Shown here piece by piece: positions 41,525 through 55,900 of a DNA stretch of 64,000 nucleotides (position 1 is its first letter; each line of letters starts with the position of its first letter). Source of the stretch: Auanema rhodensis (lineage: Eukaryota; Animalia; Nematoda); assembly GCA_964057225.1 (NCBI GenBank), contig OZ059897.1:3782001-3846000 (forward strand), read 5' to 3'. The notes beneath the pieces are model-generated. The model was not told where the DNA came from and did no database searches. It worked only from the letters and a program-made list of their open reading frames with translations. Made by a program: the position numbers and the translations under genes.

Positions 41525-44224
41525 TCACCCTGCAGAATTAATTTTTTCGTTGAATAACTTTGTCCATCGTCTTTGCCTTGAAAAAAGGAATCTAAAAACA
41601 TCTCCTTTTTGCGAAATTATTTTGAAATTTTTTGGAAAAATTTTTGTAAAAATGTTTTTGGAAGCAATGTTGAGTGTACATGGAAACTCAACATACACTA
41701 ATGCATCTTTTTTCAAACGATCTTAACTAATTTTTGTATTAAGCGTTTCTCAATGTTGTATAGTGCATTCGATGCGGATTTTTAAGCTGCGTCGATCTGT
41801 GTTATCAGATTTGCGCTAGCTTAAAAATGCACCGAGATATCAACTGATATAAGTTCACACTTATATCCTCGATTTTCACCCTGCAGAATTAATTTTTTTG
41901 TTGAATAACTTTGTCCATCGTCTTTGCCTTGAAAAAAGGAATCTAAAAACATCTCCTTTATGCGAAATTATTTTGAAATTTTTCGGAAAAATTTTTGTAA
42001 AAATGTTTTTGGAAGCAATGTTGAGTGTACATGGAAACTCAACATACACTAATGCATCATTTTTCAAACGATCATAACTAATTTTTGTATTAAGCGTTTC
42101 TCACTGTTGTATAGTGCATTCGATGCGGATTTTTAAGCTGCGTCGATCTGTGTTATCAGATTTGCGCTAGCTTAAAAATGCACCGAGATATCAACTGATA
42201 TAAGTTCACACTTACATCCTCGATTTTCACCCTGGAGAATTAATTTTTTCGTTGAATAACATTGTCCATCGTCTTTGCCTTGAAAAAAGGAATCTAAAAA
42301 CATCTACTTTTTGCAAAATTATTTTGAAATTTTTCGGAAAAATTTTTGTCAAAATGTTTTTGGAAGCAATGTTGAGTGTACATGGAAACTCAACATACAC
42401 TAATGCATCATTTTTCAAACGATCATAACTAATTTTTGTATTAAGCGTTTCTCACTGTTGTATAGTGCATTCGATGCGGATTTTTAAGCTGCGTCGATCT
42501 GTGTTATCAGATTTGCGCTAGCTTAAAAATGCACTGAGATATCAACTGATATAAGTTCACACTTATATCCTCGATTTTCATTCTGCAGAATTAATTTTTT
42601 TGTTGAATAACATTGTGTATCGTCTTTGCCTTGAAAAACGGAATCTAAAAACATTTACTTTTTGCGAAATTATTTTGAAATTTTTTGGAAAAATTTTTGT
42701 CAAAATGTTTTCGGAAGCAATGTTGAGTGTACATGGAAACTCAACATACACTAATGCATCTTTTTTCAAACGATCTTAACTAATTTTTGTATTAAGCGTT
42801 TCTCAATGTTGTATAGTGCATTCGATGCGGATTTTTAAGCTGCGTCGATCTGTGTTATCAGATTTGCGCTAGCTTAAAAATGCACCGAGATATCAACTGA
42901 TATAAGTTCACACTTATATCCTCGATTTTCACCCTGCAGAATTAATTTTTTCGTTGAATAACTTTGTCCATCGTCTTTGCCTTGAAAAAAGGAATCTAAA
43001 AACATCTCCTTTTTGCGAAATTATTTTGAAATTTTTCGGAAAAATTTTTGTAAAAATGTTTTTGGAAGCAATGTTGAGTGTACATGGAAACTCAACATAC
43101 ACTAATGCATCATTTTTCAAACGATCATAACTAATTTTTGTATTAAGCGTTTCTCAATGTTGTATAGTGCATTCGATGCGGATTTTTAAGCTGCGTCGAT
43201 CTGTGTTATCAGATTTGCGCTACCTTAAAAATGCACCGAGATATCAACTGATATAAGTTCACACTTATATCCTCGATTTTCACCCTGCAGAATTAATTTT
43301 TTCGTTGAATAACAATGTCCATCGTCTTTGCCTTGAAAAAAGGAATCTAAAAACATCTACTTTTTGCGAAATTGTTTCGAAATTTTCCGGAAAAATTTTT
43401 GTAAAAATGTTTTTGGAAGCAATGTTGAGTGTACATGGAAACTCAACATACACTAATGCATCATTTTTCAAACGATCATAACTAATTTTTGTATTAAGCG
43501 TTTCTCAATGTAGTATAGTGCATTCGATGCGGATTTTTAAGCTGCGTCGATCTGTGTTATCAGATTTGAGTTAGCTTGAAAATGCACCGAGATATCAACT
43601 GATATATGTTCACACTTATATCCTCGATTTTCACCCTGAAGAAATGATTTTTTCGTTGAAAAACATTGTCCATTGTATTCGTCTTGAAGAAAGGAATCTA
43701 AAAACATCTACTTTTTGCAAAATTATTTTGAAATTTTTCGGAAAAATTTTTGTCAAAATGTTTTTGGAAGCAATGTTGAGTGTACATGGGAACTCAACAT
43801 ACACTAATGCATCATTTTTCAAACGATCATAACTAATTTTTGTATTAAGCGTTTCTCACTGTTGTATAGTGCATTCGATGCGGATTTTTAAGCTGCGTCG
43901 ATCTGTGTTATCAGATTTGCGCTAGCTTAAAAATGCACCGAGATATCAACTGATATAAGTTCACACTTATATCCTCGATTTTCATTCTGCAGAATTAATT
44001 TTTTTGTTGAATAACATTGTGTATCGTCTTTGCCTTGAAAAACGGAATCTAAAAACATTTACTTTTTGCGAAATTATTTTGAAATTTTTTGGAAAAATTT
44101 TTGTCAAAATGTTTTTGGAAGCAATGTTGAGTGTACATGGAAACTCAACATACACTAATGCATCATTTTTCAAACGATCATAACTAATTTTTGTATTAAG
44201 CGTTTCTCACTGTTGTATAGTGCG

Positions 44225-44278
44225 AAATCGAGGATATAAGTGTGAACTGATATAAGTTCACACTTATATCCTCGATTT
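44225..44278. repeat. Perfect 24-bp-arm inverted repeat, copy 6
   Basis: Identical sequence, +2754 from copy 5. Confidence 0.97.
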
Positions 44279-46978
44279 TCACCCTGCAGAATTAATTTTT
44301 TCGTTGAATAACTTTGTCCATCGTCTTTGCCTTGAAAAAAGGAATCTAAAAACATCTCCTTTTTGCGAAATTATTTTGAAATTTTTTGGAAAAATTTTTG
44401 TAAAAATGTTTTTGGAAGCAATGTTGAGTGTACATGGAAACTCAACATACACTAATGCATCTTTTTTCAAACGATCTTAACTAATTTTTGTATTAAGCGT
44501 TTCTCAATGTTGTATAGTGCATTCGATGCGGATTTTTAAGCTGCGTCGATCTGTGTTATCAGATTTGCGCTAGCTTAAAAATGCACCGAGATATCAACTG
44601 ATATAAGTTCACACTTATATCCTCGATTTTCACCCTGCAGAATTAATTTTTTTGTTGAATAACTTTGTCCATCGTCTTTGCCTTGAAAAAAGGAATCTAA
44701 AAACATCTCCTTTATGCGAAATTATTTTGAAATTTTTCGGAAAAATTTTTGTAAAAATGTTTTTGGAAGCAATGTTGAGTGTACATGGAAACTCAACATA
44801 CACTAATGCATCATTTTTCAAACGATCATAACTAATTTTTGTATTAAGCGTTTCTCACTGTTGTATAGTGCATTCGATGCGGATTTTTAAGCTGCGTCGA
44901 TCTGTGTTATCAGATTTGCGCTAGCTTAAAAATGCACCGAGATATCAACTGATATAAGTTCACACTTACATCCTCGATTTTCACCCTGGAGAATTAATTT
45001 TTTCGTTGAATAACATTGTCCATCGTCTTTGCCTTGAAAAAAGGAATCTAAAAACATCTACTTTTTGCAAAATTATTTTGAAATTTTTCGGAAAAATTTT
45101 TGTCAAAATGTTTTTGGAAGCAATGTTGAGTGTACATGGAAACTCAACATACACTAATGCATCATTTTTCAAACGATCATAACTAATTTTTGTATTAAGC
45201 GTTTCTCACTGTTGTATAGTGCATTCGATGCGGATTTTTAAGCTGCGTCGATCTGTGTTATCAGATTTGCGCTAGCTTAAAAATGCACTGAGATATCAAC
45301 TGATATAAGTTCACACTTATATCCTCGATTTTCATTCTGCAGAATTAATTTTTTTGTTGAATAACATTGTGTATCGTCTTTGCCTTGAAAAACGGAATCT
45401 AAAAACATTTACTTTTTGCGAAATTATTATGAAATTTTTTGGAAAAATTTTTGTCAAAATGTTTTCGGAAGCAATGTTGAGTGTACATGGAAACTCAACA
45501 TACACTAATGCATCTTTTTTCAAACGATCTTAACTAATTTTTGTATTAAGCGTTTCTCAATGTTGTATAGTGCATTCGATGCGGATTTTTAAGCTGCGTC
45601 GATCTGTGTTATCAGATTTGCGCTAGCTTAAAAATGCACCGAGATATCAACTGATATAAGTTCACACTTATATCCTCGATTTTCACCCTGCAGAATTAAT
45701 TTTTTCGTTGAATAACTTTGTCCATCGTCTTTGCCTTGAAAAAAGGAATCTAAAAACATCTCCTTTTTGCGAAATTATTTTGAAATTTTTCGGAAAAATT
45801 TTTGTAAAAATGTTTTTGGAAGCAATGTTGAGTGTACATGGAAACTCAACATACACTAATGCATCATTTTTCAAACGATCATAACTAATTTTTGTATTAA
45901 GCGTTTCTCAATGTTGTATAGTGCATTCGATGCGGATTTTTAAGCTGCGTCGATCTGTGTTATCAGATTTGCGCTACCTTAAAAATGCACCGAGATATCA
46001 ACTGATATAAGTTCACACTTATATCCTCGATTTTCACCCTGCAGAATTAATTTTTTCGTTGAATAACAATGTCCATCGTCTTTGCCTTGAAAAAAGGAAT
46101 CTAAAAACATCTACTTTTTGCGAAATTGTTTCGAAATTTTCCGGAAAAATTTTTGTAAAAATGTTTTTGGAAGCAATGTTGAGTGTACATGGAAACTCAA
46201 CATACACTAATGCATCATTTTTCAAACGATCATAACTAATTTTTGTATTAAGCGTTTCTCAATGTAGTATAGTGCATTCGATGCGGATTTTTAAGCTGCG
46301 TCGATCTGTGTTATCAGATTTGAGTTAGCTTGAAAATGCACCGAGATATCAACTGATATATGTTCACACTTATATCCTCGATTTTCACCCTGAAGAAATG
46401 ATTTTTTCGTTGAAAAACATTGTCCATTGTATTCGTCTTGAAGAAAGGAATCTAAAAACATCTACTTTTTGCAAAATTATTTTGAAATTTTTCGGAAAAA
46501 TTTTTGTCAAAATGTTTTTGGAAGCAATGTTGAGTGTACATGGGAACTCAACATACACTAATGCATCATTTTTCAAACGATCATAACTAATTTTTGTATT
46601 AAGCGTTTCTCACTGTTGTATAGTGCATTCGATGCGGATTTTTAAGCTGCGTCGATCTGTGTTATCAGATTTGCGCTAGCTTAAAAATGCACCGAGATAT
46701 CAACTGATATAAGTTCACACTTATATCCTCGATTTTCATTCTGCAGAATTAATTTTTTTGTTGAATAACATTGTGTATCGTCTTTGCCTTGAAAAACGGA
46801 ATCTAAAAACATTTACTTTTTGCGAAATTATTTTGAAATTTTTTGGAAAAATTTTTGTCAAAATGTTTTTGGAAGCAATGTTGAGTGTACATGGAAACTC
46901 AACATACACTAATGCATCATTTTTCAAACGATCATAACAAATTTTTGTATTAAGCGTTTCTCACTGTTGTATAGTGCG

Positions 46979-47032
46979 AAATCGAGGATATAAGTGTGAA
47001 CTGATATAAGTTCACACTTATATCCTCGATTT
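46979..47032. repeat. Perfect 24-bp-arm inverted repeat, copy 7
   Basis: Identical sequence, +2754 from copy 6. Confidence 0.97.
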
Positions 47033-49929
47033 TCACCCTGCAGAATTAATTTTTTCGTTGAATAACTTTGTCCATCGTCTTTGCCTTGAAAAAAGGAATC
47101 TAAAAACATCTCCTTTTTGCGAAATTATTTTGAAATTTTTTGGAAAAATTTTTGTAAAAATGTTTTTGGAAGCAATGTTGAGTGTACATGGAAACTCAAC
47201 ATACACTAATGCATCTTTTTTCAAACGATCTTAACTAATTTTTGTATTAAGCGTTTCTCAATGTTGTATAGTGCATTCGATGCGGATTTTTAAGCTGCGT
47301 CGATCTGTGTTATCAGATTTGCGCTAGCTTAAAAATGCACCGAGATATCAACTGATATAAGTTCACACTTATATCCTCGATTTTCACCCTGCAGAATTAA
47401 TTTTTTTGTTCAATAACTTTGTCCATCGCCTTTGCCTTGAAAAAAGGAATCTAAAAACATCTCCTTTATGCGAAATTATTTTGAAATTTTTCGGAAAAAT
47501 TTTTGTAAAAATGTTTTTGGAAGCAATGTTGAGTGTACATGGAAACTCAACATACACTAATGCATCATTTTTCAAACGATCATAACTAATTTTTGTATTA
47601 AGCGTTTCTCACTGTTGTATAGTGCATTCGATGCGGATTTTTAAGCTGCGTCGATCTGTGTTATCAGATTTGCGCTAGCTTAAAAATGCACCGAGATATC
47701 AACTGATATAAGTTCACACTTACATCCTCGATTTTCACCCTGGAGAATTAATTTTTTCGTTGAATAACATTGTCCATCGTCTTTGCCTTGAAAAAAGGAA
47801 TCTAAAAACATCTACTTTTTGCAAAATTATTTTGAAATTTTTCGGAAAAATTTTTGTCAAAATGTTTTTGGAAGCAATGTTGAGTGTACATGGAAACTCA
47901 ACATACACTAATGCATCATTTTTCAAACGATCATAACTAATTTTTGTATTAAGCGTTTCTCACTGTTGTATAGTGCATTCGATGCGGATTTTTAAGCTGC
48001 GTCGATCTGTGTTATCAGATTTGCGCTAGCTTAAAAATGCACTGAGATATCAACTGATATAAGTTCACACTTATATCCTCGATTTTCATTCTGCAGAATT
48101 AATTTTTTTGTTGAATAACATTGTGTATCGTCTTTGCCTTGAAAAACGGAATCTAAAAACATTTACTTTTTGCGAAATTATTATGAAATTTTTTGGAAAA
48201 ATTTTTGTCAAAATGTTTTCGGAAGCAATGTTGAGTGTACATGGAAACTCAACATACACTAATGCATCTTTTTTCAAACGATCTTAACTAATTTTTGTAT
48301 TAAGCGTTTCTCAATGTTGTATAGTGCATTCGATGCGGATTTTTAAGCTGCGTCGATCTGTGTTATCAGATTTGCGCTAGCTTAAAAATGCACCGAGATA
48401 TCAACTGATATAAGTTCACACTTATATCCTCGATTTTCACCCTGCAGAATTAATTTTTTCGTTGAATAACTTTGTCCATCGTCTTTGCCTTGAAAAAAGG
48501 AATCTAAAAACATCTCCTTTTTGCGAAATTATTTTGAAATTTTTCGGAAAAATTTTTGTAAAAATGTTTTTGGAAGCAATGTTGAGTGTACATGGAAACT
48601 CAACATACACTAATGCATCATTTTTCAAACGATCATAACTAATTTTTGTATTAAGCGTTTCTCAATGTTGTATAGTGCATTCGATGCGGATTTTTAAGCT
48701 GCGTCGATCTGTGTTATCAGATTTGCGCTACCTTAAAAATGCACCGAGATATCAACTGATATAAGTTCACACTTATATCCTCGATTTTCACCCTGCAGAA
48801 TTAATTTTTTCGTTGAATAACAATGTCCATCGTCTTTGCCTTGAAAAAAGGAATCTAAAAACATCTACTTTTTGCGAAATTGTTTCGAAATTTTCCGGAA
48901 AAATTTTTGTAAAAATGTTTTTGGAAGCAATGTTGAGTGTACATGGAAACTCAACATACACTAATGCATCATTTTTCAAACGATCATAACTAATTTTTGT
49001 ATTAAGCGTTTCTCAATGTAGTATAGTGCATTCGATGCGGATTTTTAAGCTGCGTCGATCTGTGTTATCAGATTTGAGTTAGCTTGAAAATGCACCGAGA
49101 TATCAACTGATATATGTTCACACTTATATCCTCGATTTTCACCCTGAAGAAATGATTTTTTCGTTGAAAAACATTGTCCATTGTATTCGTCTCGAAGAAA
49201 GGAATCTAAAAACATCTACTTTTTGCAAAATTATTTTGAAATTTTTCGGAAAAATTTTTGTAAAAATGTTTTTGGAAGCAATGTTGAGTGTACATGGAAA
49301 CTCAACATACACTAATGCATCATTTTTCAAACGATCATAACTAATTTTTGTATTAAGCGTTTCTCAATGTTGTATAGTGCATTCGATGCGGATTTTTAAG
49401 CTGCGTCGATCTGTGTTATCAGATTTGCGCTACCTTAAAAATGCACCGAGATATCAACTGATATAAGTTCACACTTATATCCTCGATTTTCACCCTGCAG
49501 AATTAATTTTTTCGTTGAATAACAATGTCCATCGTCTTTGCCTTGAAAAAAGGAATCTAAAAACATCTACTTTTTGCGAAATTGTTTCGAAATTTTCCGG
49601 AAAAATTTTTGTAAAAATGTTTTTGGAAGCAATGTTGAGTGTACATGGAAACTCAACATACACTAATGCATCATTTTTCAAACGATCATAACTAATTTTT
49701 GTATTAAGCGTTTCTCAATGTAGTATAGTGCATTCGATGCGGATTTTTAAGCTGCGTCGATCTGTGTTATCAGATTTGAGTTAGCTTGAAAATGCACCGA
49801 GATATCAACTGATATATGTTCACACTTATATCCTCGATTTTCACCCTGAAGAAATGATTTTTTCGTTGAAAAACATTGTCCATTGTATTCGTCTTGAAGA
49901 AAGGAATCTAAAAACATCTACTTTTTGTG

Positions 49930-52900
49930 AAATTATTTAGAAATTTTTCGGGAAAATTTTTGTCACAATGTTTTTGGAAGCAATGTTGAGTGTACATGGG
50001 AACTCAGCATACACTAATGCATTATTTTTCAAACGATCATAACTAATTTTTGTATGGAGCGTTTCTCAATGTAGTATAGTGCATTCGATGCGGAGTTTTA
50101 AGCTGCGTTGATCTGTGTTATCAGATTTGCGCTAGCTTAAAAATGCACCGAGTAATCAACTGATATAGGTTCACACTTATATCCTCGATTTTCACCCTGA
50201 AGAATTAATTTTTTCGTTGAATAACATTGTCCATCGTCTTTGCCTTGAAAAAAAAAATCTAAAAACTCCTACTTTTTGTGAAATTATTTAGAAATTTTTC
50301 GGGAAAATTTTTGTCACAATGTTTTTGGAAGCAATGTTGAGTGTACATGGGAACTCAGCATACACTAATGCATTATTTTTCAAACGATCATAACTAATTT
50401 TTGTATAGAGCGTTTCTCAATGTAGTATAGTGCATTCGATGCGGATTTTTAAGCTGCGTCGATCTGTGTTATCAGATTTGAGTTAGCTTGAAAATGCACC
50501 GAGATATCAACTGATATATGTTCACACTTATATCTTCGATTTTCACCCTGAAGAATTAATTTTTTCGTTGAATAACATTGTCCATCGTATTCGTCTTGAA
50601 AAAAGGAATCTAAAAACATCTACTTTTTGTGAAATTATCTAGAAATTTTTCGGGAAAATTTTTGTCACAATGTTTTTGGAAGCAATGTTGAGTGTACATG
50701 GGAACTCAGCATACACTAATGCATTATTTTTCAAACGATTATAACTAATTTTTGTATAGAGCGTTTCTCAATGTAGTATAGTGCATTCGATGCGGATTTT
50801 TAAGCTGCGTCGATCTGTGTTATCAGATTTGAGTTAGCTTGAAAATGCACCGAGATATCAACTGATATATGTTCACACTTATATCCTCGATTTTCACCCT
50901 GAAGAAATGATTTTTTCGTTGAAAAACATTGTCCATCGTATTCGTCTTGAAAAAAGGAATCTAAAAACATCTACTTTTTGTGAAATTATTTAGAAATTTT
51001 TCGGGAAAATTCTTGTCACAATGTTTTTGGAAGCAATGTTGAGTGTACATGGGAACTCAGCATACACTAATGCATTATTTTTCAAACGATCATAACTAAT
51101 TTTTGTATAGAGCGTTTCTCAATGTAGTATAGTGCATTCGATGCGGATTTTTAAGCTGCGTCGATCTGTGTTATCAGATTTGAGTTAGCTTGAAAATGCA
51201 CCGAGATATCAACTGATATATGTTCACACTTATATCCTCGATTTTCACCCTGAAGAATTAATTTTTTCGTTGAATAACATTGTCCATCGTCTTTGCCTTG
51301 AAAAAAGAAATCTAAAAACTCCTACTTTTTGTGAAATTATTTAGAAATTTTTCGGGAAAATTTTTGTCACAATGTTTTTGGAAGCAATGTTGAGTGTACA
51401 TGGGAACTCAGCATACACTAATGCATTATTTTTCAAACGATCATAACTAATTTTTGTATAGAGCGTTTCTCAATGTAGTATAGTGCATTCGATGCGGATT
51501 TTTAAGCTGCGTCGATCTGTGTTATCAGATTTGAGTTAGCTTGAAAATGCACCGAGATATCAACTGATATATGTTCACACTTATATCCTCGATTTTCACC
51601 CTGAAGAAATGATTTTTTCGTTGAAAAACATTGTCCATCGTATTCGTCTTGAAGAAAGGAATCTAAAAACATCTACTTTTTGTGAAATTATTTAGAAATT
51701 TTTCGGGAAAATTTTTGTCACAATGTTTTTGGAAGCAATGTTGAGTGTACATGGGAACTCAGCATACACTAATGCATTATTTTTCAAACGATCATAACTA
51801 ATTTTTGTATGGAGCGTTTCTCAATGTAGTATAGTGCATTCGATGCGGATTTTTAAGCTGCGTCGATCTGTGTTATCAGATTTGAGTTAGCTTGAAAATG
51901 CACCGAGATATCAACTGATATAGGTTCACACTTATATCCTCGATTTTCACCCTGAAGAATTAATTTTTTCGTTGAATAACATTGTCCATCGTCTTTGCCT
52001 TGAAAAAAAAAATCTAAAAACTCCTACTTTTTGTGAAATTATTTAGAAATTTTTCGGGAAAATTTTTGTCACAATGTTTTTGGAAGCAATGTTGAGTGTA
52101 CATGGGAACTCAGCATACACTAATGCATTATTTTTCAAACGATCATAACTAATTTTTGTATAGAGCGTTTCTCAATGTAGTATAGTGCATTCGATGCGGA
52201 TTTTTAAGCTGCGTCGATCTGTGTTATCAGATTTGAGTTAGCTTGAAAATGCACCGAGATATCAACTGATATATGTTCACACTTATATCCTCGATTTTCA
52301 CCCTGAAGAAATGATTTTTTCGTTGAAAAACATTGTCCATCGTATTCGTCTTGAAAAAAGGAATCTAAATACATCTACTTTTTGTGAAATTATTTAGAAA
52401 TTTTTCGGGAAAATTTTTGTCACAATGTTTTTGGAAGCAATGTTGCGTGTACATGGGAACTCAGCATACACTAATGCATTATTTTTCAAACGATCATAAC
52501 TAATTTTTGTATAGAGCGTTTCTCAATGTAGTATAGTGCATTCGATGCGGATTTTTAAGCTGCGTCGATCTGTGTTATCAGATTTGAGTTAGCTTGAAAA
52601 TGCACCGAGATATCAACTGATATATGTTCACACTTATATCCTCGATTTTCACCCTGAAGAAATGATTTTTTCGTTGAAAAACATTGTCCATCGTATTCGT
52701 CTTGAAAAAAGGAATCTAAATACATCTACTTTTTGTGAAATTATTTAGAAATTTTTCGGGAAAATTTTTGTCACAATGTTTTTGGAAGCAATGTTGAGTG
52801 TACATGGGAACTCAGCATACACTAATGCATTATTTTTCAAACGATTATAACTAATTTTTGTATAGAGCGTTTCTCAATGTAGTATAGTGCATTCGATGCG

Positions 52901-55900
52901 GATTTTTAAGCTGCGTCGATCTGTGTTATCAGATTTGAGTTAGCTTGAAAATGCACCGAGATATCAACTGATATATGTTCACACTTATATCCTCGATTTT
53001 CACCCTGAAGAAATGATTTTTTCGTTGAAAAACATTGTCCATCGTATTCGTCTTGAAAAAAGGAATCTAAAAACATCTACTTTTTGTGAAATTATTTAGA
53101 AATTTTTCGGGAAAATTCTTGTCACAATGTTTTTGGAAGCAATGTTGAGTGTACATGGGAACTCAGCATACACTAATGCATTATTTTTCAAACGATCATA
53201 ACTAATTTTTGTATAGAGCGTTTCTCAATGTAGTATAGTGCATTCGATGCGGATTTTTAAGCTGCGTCGATCTGTGTTATCAGATTTGAGTTAGCTTGAA
53301 AATGCACCGAGATATCAACTGATATATGTTCACACTTATATCCTCGATTTTCACCCTGAAGAATTAATTTTTTCGTTGAATAACATTGTCCATCGTCTTT
53401 GCCTTGAAAAAAGAAATCTAAAAACTCCTACTTTTTGTGAAATTATTTAGAAATTTTTCGGGAAAATTTTTGTCACAATGTTTTTGGAAGCAATGTTGAG
53501 TGTACATGGGAACTCAGCATACACTAATGCATTATTTTTCAAACGATCATAACTAATTTTTGTATAGAGCGTTTCTCAATGTAGTATAGTGCATTCGATG
53601 CGGATTTTTAAGCTGCGTCGATCTGTGTTATCAGATTTGAGTTAGCTTGAAAATGCACCGAGATATCAACTGATATATGTTCACACTTATATCCTCGATT
53701 TTCACCCTGAAGAAATGATTTTTTCGTTGAAAAACATTGTCCATCGTATTCGTCTTGAAGAAAGGAATCTAAAAACATCTACTTTTTGTGAAATTATTTA
53801 GAAATTTTTCGGGAAAATTTTTGTCACAATGTTTTTGGAAGCAATGTTGAGTGTACATGGGAACTCAGCATACACTAATGCATTATTTTTCAAACGATCA
53901 TAACTAATTTTTGTATGGAGCGTTTCTCAATGTAGTATAGTGCATTCGATGCGGATTTTTAAGCTGCGTCGATCTGTGTTATCAGATTTGAGTTAGCTTG
54001 AAAATGCACCGAGATATCAACTGATATAGGTTCACACTTATATCCTCGATTTTCACCCTGAAGAATTAATTTTTTCGTTGAATAACATTGTCCATCGTCT
54101 TTGCCTTGAAAAAAAAAATCTAAAAACTCCTACTTTTTGTGAAATTATTTAGAAATTTTTCGGGAAAATTTTTGTCACAATGTTTTTGGAAGCAATGTTG
54201 AGTGTACATGGGAACTCAGCATACACTAATGCATTATTTTTCAAACGATCATAACTAATTTTTGTATAGAGCGTTTCTCAATGTAGTATAGTGCATTCGA
54301 TGCGGATTTTTAAGCTGCGTCGATCTGTGTTATCAGATTTGAGTTAGCTTGAAAATGCACCGAGATATCAACTGATATATGTTCACACTTATATCCTCGA
54401 TTTTCACCCTGAAGAAATGATTTTTTCGTTGAAAAACATTGTCCATCGTATTCGTCTTGAAAAAAGGAATCTAAATACATCTACTTTTTGTGAAATTATT
54501 TAGAAATTTTTCGGGAAAATTTTTGTCACAATGTTTTTGGAAGCAATGTTGAGTGTACATGGGAACTCAGCATACACTAATGCATTATTTTTCAAACGAT
54601 CATAACTAATTTTTGTATAGAGCGTTTCTCAATGTAGTATAGTGCATTCGATGCGGATTTTTAAGCTGCGTCGATCTGTGTTATCAGATTTGAGTTAGCT
54701 TGAAAATGCACCGAGATATCAACTGATATATGTTCACACTTATATCCTCGATTTTCACCCTGAAGAAATGATTTTTTCGTTGAAAAACATTGTCCATCGT
54801 ATTCGTCTTGAAAAAAGGAATCTAAATACATCTACTTTTTGTGAAATTATTTAGAAATTTTTCGGGAAAATTTTTGTCACAATGTTTTTGGAAGCAATGT
54901 TGAGTGTACATGGGAACTCAGCATACACTAATGCATTATTTTTCAAACGATTATAACTAATTTTTGTATAGAGCGTTTCTCAATGTAGTATAGTGCATTC
55001 GATGCGGATTTTTAAGCTGCGTCGATCTGTGTTATCAGATTTGAGTTAGCTTGAAAATGCACCGAGATATCAACTGATATATGTTCACACTTATATCCTC
55101 GATTTTCACCCTGAAGAAATGATTTTTTCGTTGAAAAACATTGTCCATCGTATTCGTCTTGAAAAAAGGAATCTAAAAACATCTACTTTTTGTGAAATTA
55201 TTTAGAAATTTTTCGGGAAAATTCTTGTCACAATGTTTTTGGAAGCAATGTTGAGTGTACATGGGAACTCAGCATACACTAATGCATTATTTTTCAAACG
55301 ATCATAACTAATTTTTGTATAGAGCGTTTCTCAATGTAGTATAGTGCATTCGATGCGGATTTTTAAGCTGCGTCGATCTGTGTTATCAGATTTGAGTTAG
55401 CTTGAAAATGCACCGAGATATCAACTGATATATGTTCACACTTATATCCTCGATTTTCACCCTGAAGAATTAATTTTTTCGTTGAATAACATTGTCCATC
55501 GTCTTTGCCTTGAAAAAAGAAATCTAAAAACTCCTACTTTTTGTGAAATTATTTAGAAATTTTTCGGGAAAATTTTTGTCACAATGTTTTTGGAAGCAAT
55601 GTTGAGTGTACATGGGAACTCAGCATACACTAATGCATTATTTTTCAAACGATCATAACTAATTTTTGTATAGAGCGTTTCTCAATGTAGTATAGTGCAT
55701 TCGATGCGGATTTTTAAGCTGCGTCGATCTGTGTTATCAGATTTGAGTTAGCTTGAAAATGCACCGAGATATCAACTGATATATGTTCACACTTATATCC
55801 TCGATTTTCACCCTGAAGAAATGATTTTTTCGTTGAAAAACATTGTCCATCGTATTCGTCTTGAAAAAAGGAATCTAAATACATCTACTTTTTGTGAAAT

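Larger units (their letters stand above)
40950..49260. repeat. 8-mer higher-order repeat, 2754 bp (7x351 + 297), 3 near-identical copies
   Basis: Eight distinguishable monomers repeat in order at +2754: ORFs 41228/43982/46736, 42578/45332/48086, 43280/46034/48788, 43631/46385/49139. Confidence 0.95.
36500..49920. repeat. Satellite subfamily B, main domain
   Basis: Same linked B variants. The minus-strand 63-aa ORFs in the track occur only in B monomers, because ATGCATTA->ATGCATC removes a minus-strand TAA stop. Confidence 0.92.

Noticed and set aside
3210-49681. Dozens of 61-75 aa ORFs on both strands
   Set aside because: All are frames of the satellite monomer, opened or closed by single substitutions (e.g. 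TAG>CAG) or 1-bp indels. Their F/K/I/N-rich composition reflects A/T tracts, and I recognise no protein domain.
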